A stretch of DNA of 61,883 nt, counting the filler, from Choristocarpus tenellus KU-1152 (lineage: Eukaryota > Protista > Phaeophyceae), in NCBI GenBank assembly GCA_964200185.2. It is 10 parts of 10 records of this genome, joined end to end, with 100 filler letters (N's around TTAATTAATTAA, not from the genome) between each part and the next. Parts side by side here need not be neighbours in the genome. Positions count along the whole stretch, not along the records: positions 56,370 to 61,883 come from CAXNAD020010556.1; 9 more parts are not named here. One strand, 5' to 3'. The first letter of the stretch is position 1, and each line of letters begins with the position of its first letter. The notes beneath the pieces are model-generated. The model had not been told where the DNA came from and searched no databases. It saw only the letters and a program-made list of their open reading frames with translations. Of this stretch, positions 61,414-61,883 are shown in pieces. Position numbers and translations under genes: made by a program.

Positions 61414-61883
61414 CTAAGTCACCCCTCTCTATATACATGAAGGGGGGCACTTACTGCTCTAGCCAAGGCCGCTAGTCGGATCCATGCACGACAGAGTGGC
61501 AATTGACTAATCTATAATGCAAATACTGATTAACTTGAAGACATGTCCAGCTTTGTACAATTTGGGAGTCCTTGTGATGTCATAATCTAAGAGGAAGGCG
61601 CCATTGAGTTTGAAGCACTTGTATGACTACTTCGTGGTGTACCTGTTTTGAGCACTACAGTGGAGAGCGCTTAGGGCTAAGAATATGTTACATATCATTG
61701 CTAATATTCTCTTCAACAGTCACACCCACCTAAAGGGGGATTTAGGGTATTTCAGGCATGAGCACCATGTATATTGCACAAGGTTCAGAAAGGCCTTACA
61801 ACTCACAAGGGCCAACTTTGACCCCACCCCGCCCCCCCCCCCCCCCCCCCACCCCTACCCCACCCCCACGCCACACACCCACA

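Noticed and set aside
1-61883. rRNA, tRNA, CRISPR, prophage or giant-virus insertion, or prokaryotic defence operon
   Set aside because: No such signatures were seen. There is no gene-dense, intron-free block, and all recognisable host genes are spliced.

Overview
This is intron-rich eukaryotic nuclear DNA, most consistent with a brown alga or a close stramenopile relative. That assignment is an inference from the many short exons, the largely phase-0 GT-AG introns and a POMP-like GGA(I/V)/FxxN surface protein. The window is not one locus. It is 10 unrelated contigs (about 2.8-10.8 kb) joined by an artificial 100-nt linker (N44-TTAATTAATTAA-N44), so gene neighbourhood only means something within a contig. 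Splicing exons by hand recovers two complete genes: a Yippee/YPEL gene with an unusual long N-terminal extension (404-2927, -) and a 6-exon type I membrane beta-helix (POMP-like) protein (16228-20903, +). It also recovers several partial genes: two CorA-family exons (-), a METTL21/Methyltransf_16 gene head-to-head with the 5' part of SDA1, a many-small-exon gene with a J-like domain lacking HPD (-, 56.5-61.4 kb), and a phase-consistent orphan exon chain (43-48.6 kb, -). The rest is transposon-derived. The dominant repeat is a group of at least 3 related non-autonomous TIR families (about 25 copies or fragments) that share GAG(T/C)(C/G)AAAGTA ends and show both 3- and 4-bp TSDs of no fixed sequence. 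There are also remnants of pogo, IS630/Tc1-like, Copia, Gypsy, LINE and possibly Sola elements. No CRISPR array, rRNA, tRNA or prokaryote-type system is supported. The best novelty candidates are the unclassified GAG-ended transposon group, the HPD-less J-like protein, the extended Yippee protein and the orphan gene.
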